From a virus: a stretch of 64,000 nt of DNA. Made by a program: the position numbers and the translations under genes. This document shows positions 46,969-56,521 of the stretch, in pieces. Positions within the stretch are counted from its first letter, which is position 1. Every line of letters starts with the position of its first letter. The notes under the pieces are model-generated. The model was not told the origin of the DNA, searched no databases, and worked only from the letters and a program-made list of their open reading frames with translations. The stretch covers positions 8,322-72,321 of IMG/VR virus record IMGVR_UViG_3300022818_000051; one strand, written 5' to 3'.

Positions 46969-49749
46969 ATGCTACGATTAAAAAACCCACATGCGGAATG
47001 GCCTAAATTGTATCCGAAAGTTGAAAGATACGAAGGCACGATAAAAGATAAGGGATGGGTGAAAGTTGACGGAATTTTACTTAGAGATAATATAGATTTA
47101 ATACCCCAACTTGGTCTGCAAGAACAAGTTATGATGTCTGAGTGCGACCTTATATTTATGGCTGGGGCAGCTACTATGGGAAAAGAACAACCATATGACG
47201 CTGATATTATAACGCCTGATGGAATTAAAAAGATGGGAGACATAGTTATTGGGGATATTATTTCTGACGACAAAGGTTGTGCTCAACGGGTGTCTAATAT
47301 TTTTGAACAAGGGGTAAAGGATTGTTTTCGTTTATATTTTGACGATGGGAGTTCCTGCGAATGTGGGGTAGACCACTTATGGAAAATAAAAAAGACGGGT
47401 AATAAAAAATGGCACGAATGGGAGATAGTTAAATTCTCTGATATAAAAAAATGGATAGACTCCCCGCATAAAGGAGAGAATATGTTTATCCCGCTATCTG
47501 ATAAGGTTGAATTTAATAGCGAATCCAAATATCCAATAAAACCATACACATTAGGTGCTTTAATAGGAGACGGATGTCTGGTTTGTGGTGGAAGTCAAAT
47601 TAGGCTTACTTCAGGCGACCCTGAAGTTCCTAATTATATAAAAGAGGACGGTTACGATGTTAGAAAATTAAATAACCCTAAAAACATAGAGTATAGTGTT
47701 CATGGATTGGATATATATAATAATTTGAAGATATTGGGATTAGCTGGGCTTAAATCCAATAAAAAATTTATACCAGACATATATAAAAATAGTCCTATCA
47801 AAATCAGATTGTCTTTAATTCAAGGATTAATGGACACAGATGGATGTGTAGATAAGAATCATAGACTTAGATTTTACACTATAAGCGAAAGGCTGGCTAT
47901 TGATATTCAGTGGATTCTAAGGTCACTTGGCGCAAAGGCTTCCATTAGAACAAAAAAAGCCACCTATACCTATAAAGGTGAGAAAAAACAAGGGCAACTA
48001 TGTTATTCTGTGTACATAAATTCTTCCGATAATGCTTCATTTTTGAGATTAAAAAGAAAAAAAGATAGATGCACGAGTATTTTTAATGGCGGAAAATCTG
48101 ATATAGGACGCAAGGTATTAAGGTATGGATACAGTGGAGTTAAAAAATGCCGATGTATAAAGGTGGATGGATATAGCCATCTATACCTTACAAATGATTT
48201 TATAGTTACACACAATACCTTCTCTGGGTTTATGAAGGCACTACAAGGGTTAGGCAGAATAGGTTACACAGGTCGTTTAATATCAAAAAGATTGCAGGAC
48301 AGCAAGAAGGGAGGGTCAATCATCCGTGATGCTAAACAAGTTTTCGATGGATTCGCTGGTTGCGAATTTACATCAGGTGAATATCCTACCGCGTCTTGGA
48401 GCCAATGGAATTCCACGATACAATTAACTCACGCAAATTTCAATACCGACAACCCTTCAGAGTGGGAGGAATATAAAGACTTCGCCAAGAAAGCTCAATC
48501 GGCCTACCAATATTGGGACGAACTCACTGAAATTAAGGACTTTAGGGTTTTCTCATACATGTTTTCAAGGAACAGGGACGGGTCTGGGATGAGACCTTGC
48601 ACTGTCGCATCCTTTAACCCAGAACACGAGCATTGGACTACAGATTTTTTAAGGCAAGCAGGATACATAGGGGATGACTGGTATGCTATACCCGAAAAAT
48701 ATAACACTGTAAAATATTTCGCAATACACGGTGACAGTATAAAAGATATTGTATTCGGAGATACCAGAGAAGATGTTGCGATAAAAGCCAATATTATACC
48801 AACAGAAGAAGAACTTGATTATGGGTTGACGGCTCTGGATATAGTAAAATCATTCACCTTCCTGTCAGGGTCAGCCATGAGTAATAAAATATTGGTCAAC
48901 GCTACTGGCGGTGGGTCGATTGCCAATCTTTATAATGTAGGGGAAACGGAACGTAAAAAAATAAAGGAGGGATATTTTGGTGCGGATGGGAAAAGCGAAC
49001 TTACCGTCACTACCAAAATGATTGCCAATTTATGGGAAAATCCTACCGATACATCTAAGGAGTTATTCGCCACAATGGACGTGGCAAGTGGCGGAGGGCA
49101 CATATTGGAGCAATCTGACGGGAAAGAAATAAAACACGATAACTGTACAATGTGGATATGGAGGGGATTGACGGCCATTGACATACAGGTATTTGAAGGC
49201 TCATTAAAAGAATTAGTTCCGTGGATTGAATCTACTCTTGCGAAATGGGGTATTCCTGTGCGCAATTTTGCATTTGATGCGGTTGCAATAGGATATTTTC
49301 TTGCGAGTTTCACGGATGGCATACCTATTGTTGGTAATTCACGGCCAATCCCCGAATATGATGCGGTTGGAAATCAGGTGTTGTTAGGGTCATACTTCAA
49401 CCTGCGAACTCAATTAATGGCAAAAACGGCGATGCTGATTGCTACGGGGCAAATGAGCATATCTGTAGACAGGAATAGATTATTACCACACGGGCACAAT
49501 AAGACACCCAAAACGCTGTTTGACATAATGCAGGATGAAAAAAATGTATTCATTCTCGATAAAAAAAATACAAAAGACTATTATAAGTCAAAAACAGAAT
49601 ATATGGATAGGTTTAAATCATCTCCTGACTACTTTGACCCATATATATATCGTGCGAGATTCGAGCTTGATGCAAGGCCAAGAAAAGAGGAAGATGTTGT
49701 TTATACGGCATTTGATTATGCGGGGCTATACTCTGGCTGGGGGCGATGA
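46969..49749 (+). CDS. terL: Terminase large subunit containing an intein
   Basis: Walker A GAATMGK|T split by the intein, Walker B YQYWDE, ASFNP, nuclease MDVASGG, AFDA, SPDYFD. Confidence 0.9.
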   Translation: MLRLKNPHAEWPKLYPKVERYEGTIKDKGWVKVDGILLRDNIDLIPQLGLQEQVMMSECDLIFMAGAATMGKEQPYDADIITPDGIKKMGDIVIGDIISDDKGCAQRVSNIFEQGVKDCFRLYFDDGSSCECGVDHLWKIKKTGNKKWHEWEIVKFSDIKKWIDSPHKGENMFIPLSDKVEFNSESKYPIKPYTLGALIGDGCLVCGGSQIRLTSGDPEVPNYIKEDGYDVRKLNNPKNIEYSVHGLDIYNNLKILGLAGLKSNKKFIPDIYKNSPIKIRLSLIQGLMDTDGCVDKNHRLRFYTISERLAIDIQWILRSLGAKASIRTKKATYTYKGEKKQGQLCYSVYINSSDNASFLRLKRKKDRCTSIFNGGKSDIGRKVLRYGYSGVKKCRCIKVDGYSHLYLTNDFIVTHNTFSGFMKALQGLGRIGYTGRLISKRLQDSKKGGSIIRDAKQVFDGFAGCEFTSGEYPTASWSQWNSTIQLTHANFNTDNPSEWEEYKDFAKKAQSAYQYWDELTEIKDFRVFSYMFSRNRDGSGMRPCTVASFNPEHEHWTTDFLRQAGYIGDDWYAIPEKYNTVKYFAIHGDSIKDIVFGDTREDVAIKANIIPTEEELDYGLTALDIVKSFTFLSGSAMSNKILVNATGGGSIANLYNVGETERKKIKEGYFGADGKSELTVTTKMIANLWENPTDTSKELFATMDVASGGGHILEQSDGKEIKHDNCTMWIWRGLTAIDIQVFEGSLKELVPWIESTLAKWGIPVRNFAFDAVAIGYFLASFTDGIPIVGNSRPIPEYDAVGNQVLLGSYFNLRTQLMAKTAMLIATGQMSISVDRNRLLPHGHNKTPKTLFDIMQDEKNVFILDKKNTKDYYKSKTEYMDRFKSSPDYFDPYIYRARFELDARPRKEEDVVYTAFDYAGLYSGWGR
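47185..48216 (+). mobile_element. Class-3 intein with LAGLIDADG homing endonuclease (344 aa)
   Basis: EQPYDADIITPDG...DHLW...LGALIGDG...LIQGLMDTDG...CRCI.VD...FIVTHN|T. Confidence 0.88.
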
Positions 49750-50591
49750 CCGTGACCTTGCTTCCCGATGCCTTTAGTAAAAGCTTTTTCTATGTCCCAT
49801 TTTTCGTCATACAATCTGTGATATACAGTATGATAAGGCATATTCAAAAATTCACACCACTGGGCTAATGTCTTTGTTTCTCCCTTGTACTTAATATTTA
49901 AGTTTCTTCTGGTGTTATTACACTGCTCCTTCATATTTATCCATCTGCAATTTCCGGGTGAGTAGTTTCCATTATTATCTCGTCTGTCGATTGTTAATAA
50001 TTCTGAATATCCATTATTCATTGACCATTCGTTGAATTCCTCAAAACCGTTCCCCCTTGTCCATTCATCGCAAACTTCAATCCCCCTACCTCCGTAATCA
50101 CAATATTGTTTTAATTTTTTATAATAGCACCTACTCTTTAACCCAAGCCAAATATCATATATTCTACTTCTTGATAGCCCATGGGTAATGTTGGCTTTAT
50201 TTAGCATCTCTAATGCGTAACATCCACAAGATGTTGTACCCCCACATACCAAACTCCCTCTACATACGGATGTTATTTGATTTTTATCACAACTACATTT
50301 GCATAGCCAATACTGGTTACCCCTTTTTATATTATCTCTTCCTATGACTGTGAGCCTCCCAAATATCAACCCAGTTAAATCTTTAGGATACCCTGAACTC
50401 CATTTTTCACATCCACAACTCGATGTATGTCCACTCCTGACATTATACCCATCCGCTACAATATGGTTCTTATCCTTGCAATCACATTCGCACTCCCAAA
50501 GCGCACGACCGCCCTTATCCCGTCCTGCAAGTCGCAATGCGGTAAGATGTCCAAATTTTTTACCAGTTAAATCATTCCTTAAACTTCCCAT
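49716..50591 (-). CDS. HNH homing endonuclease with duplicated N-terminal DLTG..FG.L repeats
   Basis: W.C.C.C, TSSCGC twice, YGGRGIEVCDEW, TIDRRDNNGNYSPGNCRW. Confidence 0.88.
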   Translation of the reverse strand: MGSLRNDLTGKKFGHLTALRLAGRDKGGRALWECECDCKDKNHIVADGYNVRSGHTSSCGCEKWSSGYPKDLTGLIFGRLTVIGRDNIKRGNQYWLCKCSCDKNQITSVCRGSLVCGGTTSCGCYALEMLNKANITHGLSRSRIYDIWLGLKSRCYYKKLKQYCDYGGRGIEVCDEWTRGNGFEEFNEWSMNNGYSELLTIDRRDNNGNYSPGNCRWINMKEQCNNTRRNLNIKYKGETKTLAQWCEFLNMPYHTVYHRLYDEKWDIEKAFTKGIGKQGHGHRPQPEYSPA

Positions 50592-50699
50592 AATCTTTAA
50601 ATATTAACCCCCACGCAGCAGTGATAGCAGCACAACCACGCAGGGGCTTGAAAAATACCATGTTCGTCTATCTGCTTATAGACTTCTTGTTCGCAATTA

Positions 50700-51155
50700 T
50701 TATTTTTTTTCTTCTCTACATTTTTTACACCAATTCCACATCCATCCATCATCATATATTTGCACGTCATCTTTTGACCCGCAATGTTCGCAGGTGGCTC
50801 CGCATTCTTCTTCGGCCTTATCTACCAATGCCTCTATAGCATCGGTAAAACTGCCATATACCCGCAGACCTGCATACTTATCCTTTATGTCTGATATGCG
50901 CACACCCTTCGTTACGGATTCCAATACGTGCAGCCAAAAGAAGCTGCGGACATAAACTACACTTCCATTGGTGGCCAATAAGTTAATAATATTTAACACC
51001 ACGGCGGGAATATACCACGGTCGCACAAGTTTGTCAATGTCACGAATCAGCCGTAAGATAATCGGCTTCCATGGGTCGGGAACATTAGGGTAGGTGTAGC
51101 CGAGATAACCATAACCGATAAAGATGGAGCGGGGGGCGTGGGAAAAGTTAGTCAT
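50700..51155 (-). CDS. Conserved phage protein with C-terminal zinc finger (start MTNFSH)
   Basis: IKDKYAGLRVY...CEHCG...CKKC; the longer upstream start overlaps a tRNA. Confidence 0.7.
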   Translation of the reverse strand: MTNFSHAPRSIFIGYGYLGYTYPNVPDPWKPIILRLIRDIDKLVRPWYIPAVVLNIINLLATNGSVVYVRSFFWLHVLESVTKGVRISDIKDKYAGLRVYGSFTDAIEALVDKAEEECGATCEHCGSKDDVQIYDDGWMWNWCKKCREEKK

Positions 51156-51173
51156 AAAATCAGGGTCGTTAAT

Positions 51174-51248
51174 TGGTTGCGAGTCCGTGAATTGAACACG
51201 GGTCATGGGGATATGAACCCCATATACTAACCACTATACCAACTCGCA
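51174..51248 (-). tRNA. tRNA-Met(CAT), initiator-like
   Basis: TGCGAGT/ACTCGCA acceptor stem, TGGGG-TTCATAT-CCCCA anticodon arm, CCGTG-TTCAATT-CACGG T arm, encoded CCA. Confidence 0.88.
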
Positions 51249-51359
51249 ATGCTATAGTCTCTCCTATTGTCACCCTTCTATAAGGCACTCGGTGTTCGTT
51301 CCGTTAGGGTGTGCCAGATAATTTCGATTGACGGAATTCGCTTCACGTTTCGGGAATTG

Positions 51360-51431
51360 TTACAACAGACAGATTTGGACTGCCGACCTTCAATTTATCA
51401 GACTGATGCTCTACCACTGAGCTATGTTGTA
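51360..51431 (-). tRNA. tRNA-Ile(GAT) with atypical T-loop
   Basis: TACAACA/TGTTGTA acceptor, GCTC-AGTGGTA-GAGC D arm, TCAGT-CTGATAA-ATTGA; T-loop TCCAAAT; no CCA. Confidence 0.8.
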
Positions 51432-51500
51432 ATTTTGGGAAGGCTTCCGATTCACATCGTACTTCCCTGCATATTATGAGAAAACATTAAAGTTGTACGA

Positions 51501-51508
51501 CAAAGATA
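51501..51508 (-). promoter_or_regulatory. TATCTTTG promoter box for the tRNA unit (others at 52372-52379, 57594-57601, 20621-20628)
   Basis: TAnnTTTG consensus in intergenic positions. Confidence 0.6.
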
Positions 51509-51548
51509 GTATTTTATTTTGGATTGTGCAAAAAGTTCACAGTTTATT

Positions 51549-51911
51549 TTATTTTATTTCTAAACAACATTTTACAATCCATTCAACTAAATACGCATCC
51601 GCTTCAATACCTGTTATTTCTTCGCCCAAAAATTCCCACACCCTGCGTGCTATATGGGTTGCTTCATGTGTAATAATCGGAATATCTTTCTTTTTGCTTT
51701 TAAAGACTATTAAAAATGAGCTGGCTTTTGTCTCTTTGTTGATTATATTTCGATACGAATAAGCAATACCATTACACCAATCAATTTCTAAAACTTCATC
51801 ATCTGTTGATATAAAATTTTCTAAAACAGCTTGCAGGTTATCCGTATATGCTATATATAACCTTATCGGATATATTACAGGGTTGAACTCATGTATCTGC
51901 ACTTTTTTCAT
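51549..51911 (-). CDS. HExxH metallopeptidase-like phage protein
   Basis: ITHEATH...E..AYLVEWI. Confidence 0.65.
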   Translation of the reverse strand: MKKVQIHEFNPVIYPIRLYIAYTDNLQAVLENFISTDDEVLEIDWCNGIAYSYRNIINKETKASSFLIVFKSKKKDIPIITHEATHIARRVWEFLGEEITGIEADAYLVEWIVKCCLEIK

Positions 51912-52033
51912 TGGTTTTTATTTTTTTTAATTAAATAGAATAAGCCAAAAAGGACGTTACTGCTAATTGGCTTATTTTGACGCTCATAACATCTTAAACA
52001 TGACTAATAATTGTAAATAAAAACGCAATCAGA

Positions 52034-52324
52034 TTACAGTCTCTCAAGTGTTTTGCCAGATTCAGTCATAATGAAGTATGAGTTATTCCTGAGTGAGGTT
52101 GCTTTAAACACAAAAAATACCTTTTCGTTTTCTCCGATGATAAGAGATTCTATCTCTAAATCAGATTCAGAAGGGAATAAATCCTTCATAATTCTGCTAA
52201 ATTCTTTTGAACACCCCTTCTCTATTTTGGTATAGGAAAGTCCAAGTTCAAAATTTTCAATAACCTGCTCAAATGGGAGTTTTTCATTTTCCCGCACTTC
52301 TTCGATAATTCTTAATGTGTACAT
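52034..52324 (-). CDS. hypothetical protein with its own promoter (moron-like)
   Basis: Low GC; ends YFIMTESGKTLERL; promoter at 52372. Confidence 0.6.
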   Translation of the reverse strand: MYTLRIIEEVRENEKLPFEQVIENFELGLSYTKIEKGCSKEFSRIMKDLFPSESDLEIESLIIGENEKVFFVFKATSLRNNSYFIMTESGKTLERL

Positions 52325-52384
52325 ATCTGTATGTATTTATTACCCGAAAACTGTCGGGTGCAGTATTATTACAAAGATACGATT

Positions 52385-52972
52385 TTAATTATGTATAAAC
52401 AACGCCCTATCAATCTTTCTTATCAGCAACCCCATATCCACACACTTCCTGACGCATTCAACCGCAAATGCACCGTCTGCGCTATGATGGTCGTGCGTAA
52501 AGCCCACCTCTTTGGCTATATCCAGACGTACAATAAATTCACCCATGTCTATCTTGCATTCAGCCGTTTCGCATGAGAAATAATCATAATGGTCGTAAGA
52601 ATGCAGGCAGTCGCACATTACGAATCCTGTATCAGGAATGCACGCTGACAGCATTTGTTCGACAAATTCGGTGACATAATAATTATCATCATTTGTAATC
52701 AGCACATAATCACCTTCTTCGTGCGGTATATTTTCAAGCATCCATTTCCTGTTCGGATGACCATAATTTCCCCTGCGCAGATGCGACACGATAAAATGTA
52801 TCCGCGGCTCGTTGGCATATAGCGATGATGACCTGATTACCGCATCCGATGGGTCGCCGTCATGCACAAACCATAATTCCCAATCGGAACAGGTCTGCGC
52901 CAAAAAGCTATGGAGAAGTATTGTCATCTCCACAGGTCGCTCACATGCCACACAGATAACTTTTAGTTTCAT
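52385..52972 (-). CDS. Glycosyltransferase family 2
   Basis: SFLAQT..DWEL.FVHDG, GNYGHPNR, DYVLITNDDNYY. Confidence 0.85.
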   Translation of the reverse strand: MKLKVICVACERPVEMTILLHSFLAQTCSDWELWFVHDGDPSDAVIRSSSLYANEPRIHFIVSHLRRGNYGHPNRKWMLENIPHEEGDYVLITNDDNYYVTEFVEQMLSACIPDTGFVMCDCLHSYDHYDYFSCETAECKIDMGEFIVRLDIAKEVGFTHDHHSADGAFAVECVRKCVDMGLLIRKIDRALFIHN

Positions 52973-52975
52973 AAC

Positions 52976-53677
52976 TTATAGGGCGAATACCGCCCCTCTT
53001 ATTCCGTTCTCCACTGATTTTCGCAATTCTTTCTCAGGCATAGCGTAGTGCCATGACCAGCCCTGTGACTTATTGAATTCACTGAGGCGGGAATTTAGGT
53101 AGCGGTTTCTATCTACTGTATATTGCACCGATAAGTGGCGCATGTGTAGGATTTTTATTCCGAGCGTTTCCTTTCGGATTATACCTATTGGGTGGCAGCT
53201 ATGACATCCCGGCGCATAATTTATTTCCGAAATTGCAGAAGGGCGGAACATTACACATTTTGTCGACGTGACATGGATGCCTTTATTCACTTGGTCTACT
53301 ATCTGCCCATCAGTATCGGGGAATTTTGCACAATACATGTTCCACATTTCGGGTTCGATGATTGTAGCGTCAGTTGTTTCCAGTAACGCCAGTAGCTGCG
53401 AATGATAAACAAACTCGTCAGCATCGGCTACGATAACCCAGTCGGCTGAAGATAGCTTCCAGCAATTGTTTTTCGCTTGCAGATACCATGCGTTGTTGAT
53501 TTCGTCAGGGGTGTTTATGTCCCAGACATGCGCATGTGCGGCCTGTGCCAGCGGGATGGAATTGTCCGTGCAGTTATTCGCCAAAATGGTCACGTCAGAG
53601 AATTGCTGATAATGCCTGATGGCATATGGCAGCAGACGCTCTTCGTTGTGGCAAAGGAGGAAGGTTTCGATGGTCAT
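52976..53677 (-). CDS. Glycosyltransferase family 2-like
   Basis: HNEE.LLPY.IRHY, N.CTD.S, DWVIVADADEF. Confidence 0.85.
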   Translation of the reverse strand: MTIETFLLCHNEERLLPYAIRHYQQFSDVTILANNCTDNSIPLAQAAHAHVWDINTPDEINNAWYLQAKNNCWKLSSADWVIVADADEFVYHSQLLALLETTDATIIEPEMWNMYCAKFPDTDGQIVDQVNKGIHVTSTKCVMFRPSAISEINYAPGCHSCHPIGIIRKETLGIKILHMRHLSVQYTVDRNRYLNSRLSEFNKSQGWSWHYAMPEKELRKSVENGIRGAVFAL

Positions 53678-53862
53678 GGTCTATTCGTCAATTAATTCTG
53701 CCGATAACTTAAAGGTTTTCTCTCTGTCTGTGAATTGCAACCATCCATCTTTGCCGGCTTTCAATGTAAATGTAAATTCATTACCATCACACCTCATACA
53801 TTCCTTCGGCTCATTATTATCAAACTGATAATACACTACTGTTTTTTCCATAATTTTATTTA

Positions 53863-54195
53863 TTAATCAAATTCATAATATTCGCTACTCGCCGCAATAA
53901 TCGTTCCGTATATACGTTCTGATTTATTCCATTTGCCATTTACGCAACTGAAGACTATTTTAAAAACCTTACAAGGAGGAAAAGACTGCGGAAAGGATGT
54001 GTAGTTAAATGAGGGTGACTCCTTATATATAAATTCAATAGTTTCGCCGACTTCTTGCGCTTCAATAAATGAAGGCATATTATACAGAGAAGACGTCGTG
54101 CCTGAAGCATATATATTTACGCCTGTGCCTGATAGTCGATCTGCGCTCGCAGTACCCAAGGACACTGTGAGTCCTTTGTTTGTATTTGTTTCCAT
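53863..54195 (-). CDS. hypothetical protein
   Basis: ORF interleaved in the GT cluster. Confidence 0.55.
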   Translation of the reverse strand: METNTNKGLTVSLGTASADRLSGTGVNIYASGTTSSLYNMPSFIEAQEVGETIEFIYKESPSFNYTSFPQSFPPCKVFKIVFSCVNGKWNKSERIYGTIIAASSEYYEFD

Positions 54196-54197
54196 AA

Positions 54198-54755
54198 TTA
54201 AAAAGGCATTAAATTAAAAACCATGATAGTATTCTTAAACCATGGCAGCCGTGATACACTGCGCAGGTTGTGCGAAGCGTCCCTGCCATAAGAGTATCCT
54301 CGCCTGTCCATTTCGGCGATAATGTAGTCATTGTTGCGACAGTTCACATGCCCCTGTCCGCACTGACCTTCAACTGCCCATGATAGGATAATCAGTTCAG
54401 GGTTGGGGCGCACGAGGTTGTCGAGGAATATCTGTTCGTATGGGGCGGGGATATGTTCGCCGACTTCAAGAGAAATAACAATATCAAATACGCCAATATC
54501 TATCGGTTCGGAGAAATCACGCTGGCAGCACAATCCATTGGTAATTTTTTCGGTAAGAGGTGATCCGTCAAGTCCAACACACGCAAACCCTTTACTTAGC
54601 AAATATTTTACATATGCCCCATTCCCGCAACCTATATCTACAATAATGGCGTCAAGGGTGCATTCTTTTGTTATAGCTTTCGCCAGCTTTTCGTCAAACA
54701 TATGGCCGTTCACTAAATCTTCTGACAGCCAGCAGCCTGTTTCGCTAATGTTCAT
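54198..54755 (-). CDS. Class I SAM-dependent methyltransferase
   Basis: VDIGCGNG, GLDGS, FDIVISLEVGEHI, GHVNC. Confidence 0.88.
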   Translation of the reverse strand: MNISETGCWLSEDLVNGHMFDEKLAKAITKECTLDAIIVDIGCGNGAYVKYLLSKGFACVGLDGSPLTEKITNGLCCQRDFSEPIDIGVFDIVISLEVGEHIPAPYEQIFLDNLVRPNPELIILSWAVEGQCGQGHVNCRNNDYIIAEMDRRGYSYGRDASHNLRSVSRLPWFKNTIMVFNLMPF

Positions 54756-54757
54756 GG

Positions 54758-54994
54758 TTAATTATTTTCAAAAGTCACTTTGCCCGCGAATTTTACGAAT
54801 AAAGTATCCAATATATGTTTGGAAACTTTATTAAGAATAAGTCCCCTACATTCATTATCAACAAGATAGATACCGTTAAAAATATCTCCTACTTGTTCAT
54901 AAAACATCACAATAGAGCCGTTATCTATACGCTTCATTATTACTGGAAATCTCATTTGGTTAATACTCGCATTTTCAATTACTTCTGTTTTCAT
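54758..54994 (-). CDS. hypothetical protein
   Basis: Low-GC 78-aa ORF with a FPVIMK motif like YPIQME in 1279-1983. Confidence 0.5.
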   Translation of the reverse strand: MKTEVIENASINQMRFPVIMKRIDNGSIVMFYEQVGDIFNGIYLVDNECRGLILNKVSKHILDTLFVKFAGKVTFENN

Positions 54995-55734
54995 AATTTT
55001 AATTTTTTTGATTTATTAATCATTCCATTATATTCCTCTATCGCTGCATCCTTGTCAGCCATGTATTGCACACCCCAGCCATTAGTTTTGTTTATGTCCG
55101 ACATTCGTGATTGCGTCAGGAAGTGCCGCTCCAAATGATAATTAAGGTCGATATATTTACAATGGAACAGATATATACCCCCTCCATCATAATAATTTAC
55201 CCGACCAGTCGGGGCGCAGGCGTGACATCCTGCACTAAAATTTATCTCTGCAATCTCGTTTGGGTTAAACAATACCCGCTTGCCAAACCACGGATAATGA
55301 TAACCGAAATCTATCGTTTCGTGCATTAACCGATGCGGTATATACACGGGGAACTTTTTGGATAAGAGTTGATAGATAATGGGTAGGCATATTGTCTGCC
55401 TATTCGCCCGCATATTGACAAGTTCCCACTCTAAATCGTCCGACCACAGGGCTTCGTCAAAATCGCATATCACCACAAAGTCCGCATGACCACGGCTGGA
55501 TTTCCAAATATTATTCTTGAATTCGGTAAGGATTTCATCGTTCACTTCGTCCTTCCACGGATAGTCTCGCAATTCGACATTGAATCTCGTCTCGCCGCGC
55601 AGTATATCCTGCACGCCATCCGTAGAACCACAGTCATAGACATATACATTTGTTGCAAACCTCGCCCAATAATCCAGCATGAATGGTGCTATGCGGGATT
55701 CATTGTAACAGGGGCAATAGACATCTACTTTCAT
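54991..55734 (-). CDS. Glycosyltransferase family 2-like (paralog of 52976-53677; start MKVDVY)
   Basis: CYNE..IAPF, YDCGSTD, KNNIWK.S...DFVVICDFDE, EINFSAGCH.C.P.G. Confidence 0.85.
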   Translation of the reverse strand: MKVDVYCPCYNESRIAPFMLDYWARFATNVYVYDCGSTDGVQDILRGETRFNVELRDYPWKDEVNDEILTEFKNNIWKSSRGHADFVVICDFDEALWSDDLEWELVNMRANRQTICLPIIYQLLSKKFPVYIPHRLMHETIDFGYHYPWFGKRVLFNPNEIAEINFSAGCHACAPTGRVNYYDGGGIYLFHCKYIDLNYHLERHFLTQSRMSDINKTNGWGVQYMADKDAAIEEYNGMINKSKKLKL

Positions 55735-55738
55735 GGGG

Positions 55739-56275
55739 CTACTTGTTGTTAATGATACAAAACGATGGCTGCCCATCTTCTGTCAGGTTCTCAATAGATA
55801 GCCCTTCACGCTCGCAAAATTCATCAACAGCACGCTTAACACCCCATTGCGGATTGTAGTCGTGGCCGCAGATATATCCGCCTGCTCGGACTTTGTCACG
55901 GCACAATGCAAGTTCCTGTGATACGGAATTATAGCTATGGTCGGCATCGAGATAGATGGCGTCAAGAGAATCGTCCTCGCAATGGGTAAGGAATTCCAGA
56001 GAGGTCATTTTGCGCAATCTGACAACATTAGAAAAGAAGTACAAGTCTACAAGTTTGTCGAATTCCTTACTCATATCTGCATCCACTATATTGTTGCCAT
56101 CCTTGTCGCCTGAACCTGTGCAACCTGTAAAAATATCGACAAGGTACAGTTTACGGGGGTCGCATATATCCAAGATGTTCTGCGAAAATTCGCCTTTAAA
56201 GACCCCGATTTCTGCTATGATGGCATTTTTGGGGAGGAGGCGGAGAAGGTCGGTGCGGGTTTGTAGTAGTTTCAT
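55739..56275 (-). CDS. SAM-dependent O-methyltransferase (Methyltransf_24-like)
   Basis: AEIGVFKG, LYLVD, YLDADHSY, GGYICGHDY, GVKRAVDEF. Confidence 0.88.
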   Translation of the reverse strand: MKLLQTRTDLLRLLPKNAIIAEIGVFKGEFSQNILDICDPRKLYLVDIFTGCTGSGDKDGNNIVDADMSKEFDKLVDLYFFSNVVRLRKMTSLEFLTHCEDDSLDAIYLDADHSYNSVSQELALCRDKVRAGGYICGHDYNPQWGVKRAVDEFCEREGLSIENLTEDGQPSFCIINNK

Positions 56276-56520
56276 TATATTAATTTTTTAATCCATTCAA
56301 CACTGAACCGATAAAGCACGGTTCCGTCATCACCACGAATTGCAGCATCCTGATATTGACCCATATCTATTATAGATAATTCCACTTCCATAAATGGCAT
56401 AGTATTATAAGTTGATTTATATTTTACGAAATGCCGCTGCTTCTCGTCTTGGTGATAATCTTTCAACCACAAGATATTGCCGATGGTGTCGGCGGGAATC
56501 ATTAGGATTTCTACGCCCAT
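56275..56520 (-). CDS. hypothetical protein (likely start MGVEIL)
   Basis: Fills the gap between neighbours. Confidence 0.45.
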   Translation of the reverse strand: MGVEILMIPADTIGNILWLKDYHQDEKQRHFVKYKSTYNTMPFMEVELSIIDMGQYQDAAIRGDDGTVLYRFSVEWIKKLI

Positions 56521-56521
56521 G

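Noticed and set aside
51156-51206. N-terminal extension of ORF 50700-51206
   Set aside because: Overlaps tRNA-Met; the downstream ATG at 51155 is preferred
51249-51359. tRNA-associated theta (HDV-like) ribozyme
   Set aside because: A pseudoknot is possible, but I could not place the HDV L3/P1.1 or the catalytic C, and P1 does not start at the tRNA 3' end; kept only as a generic ncRNA candidate
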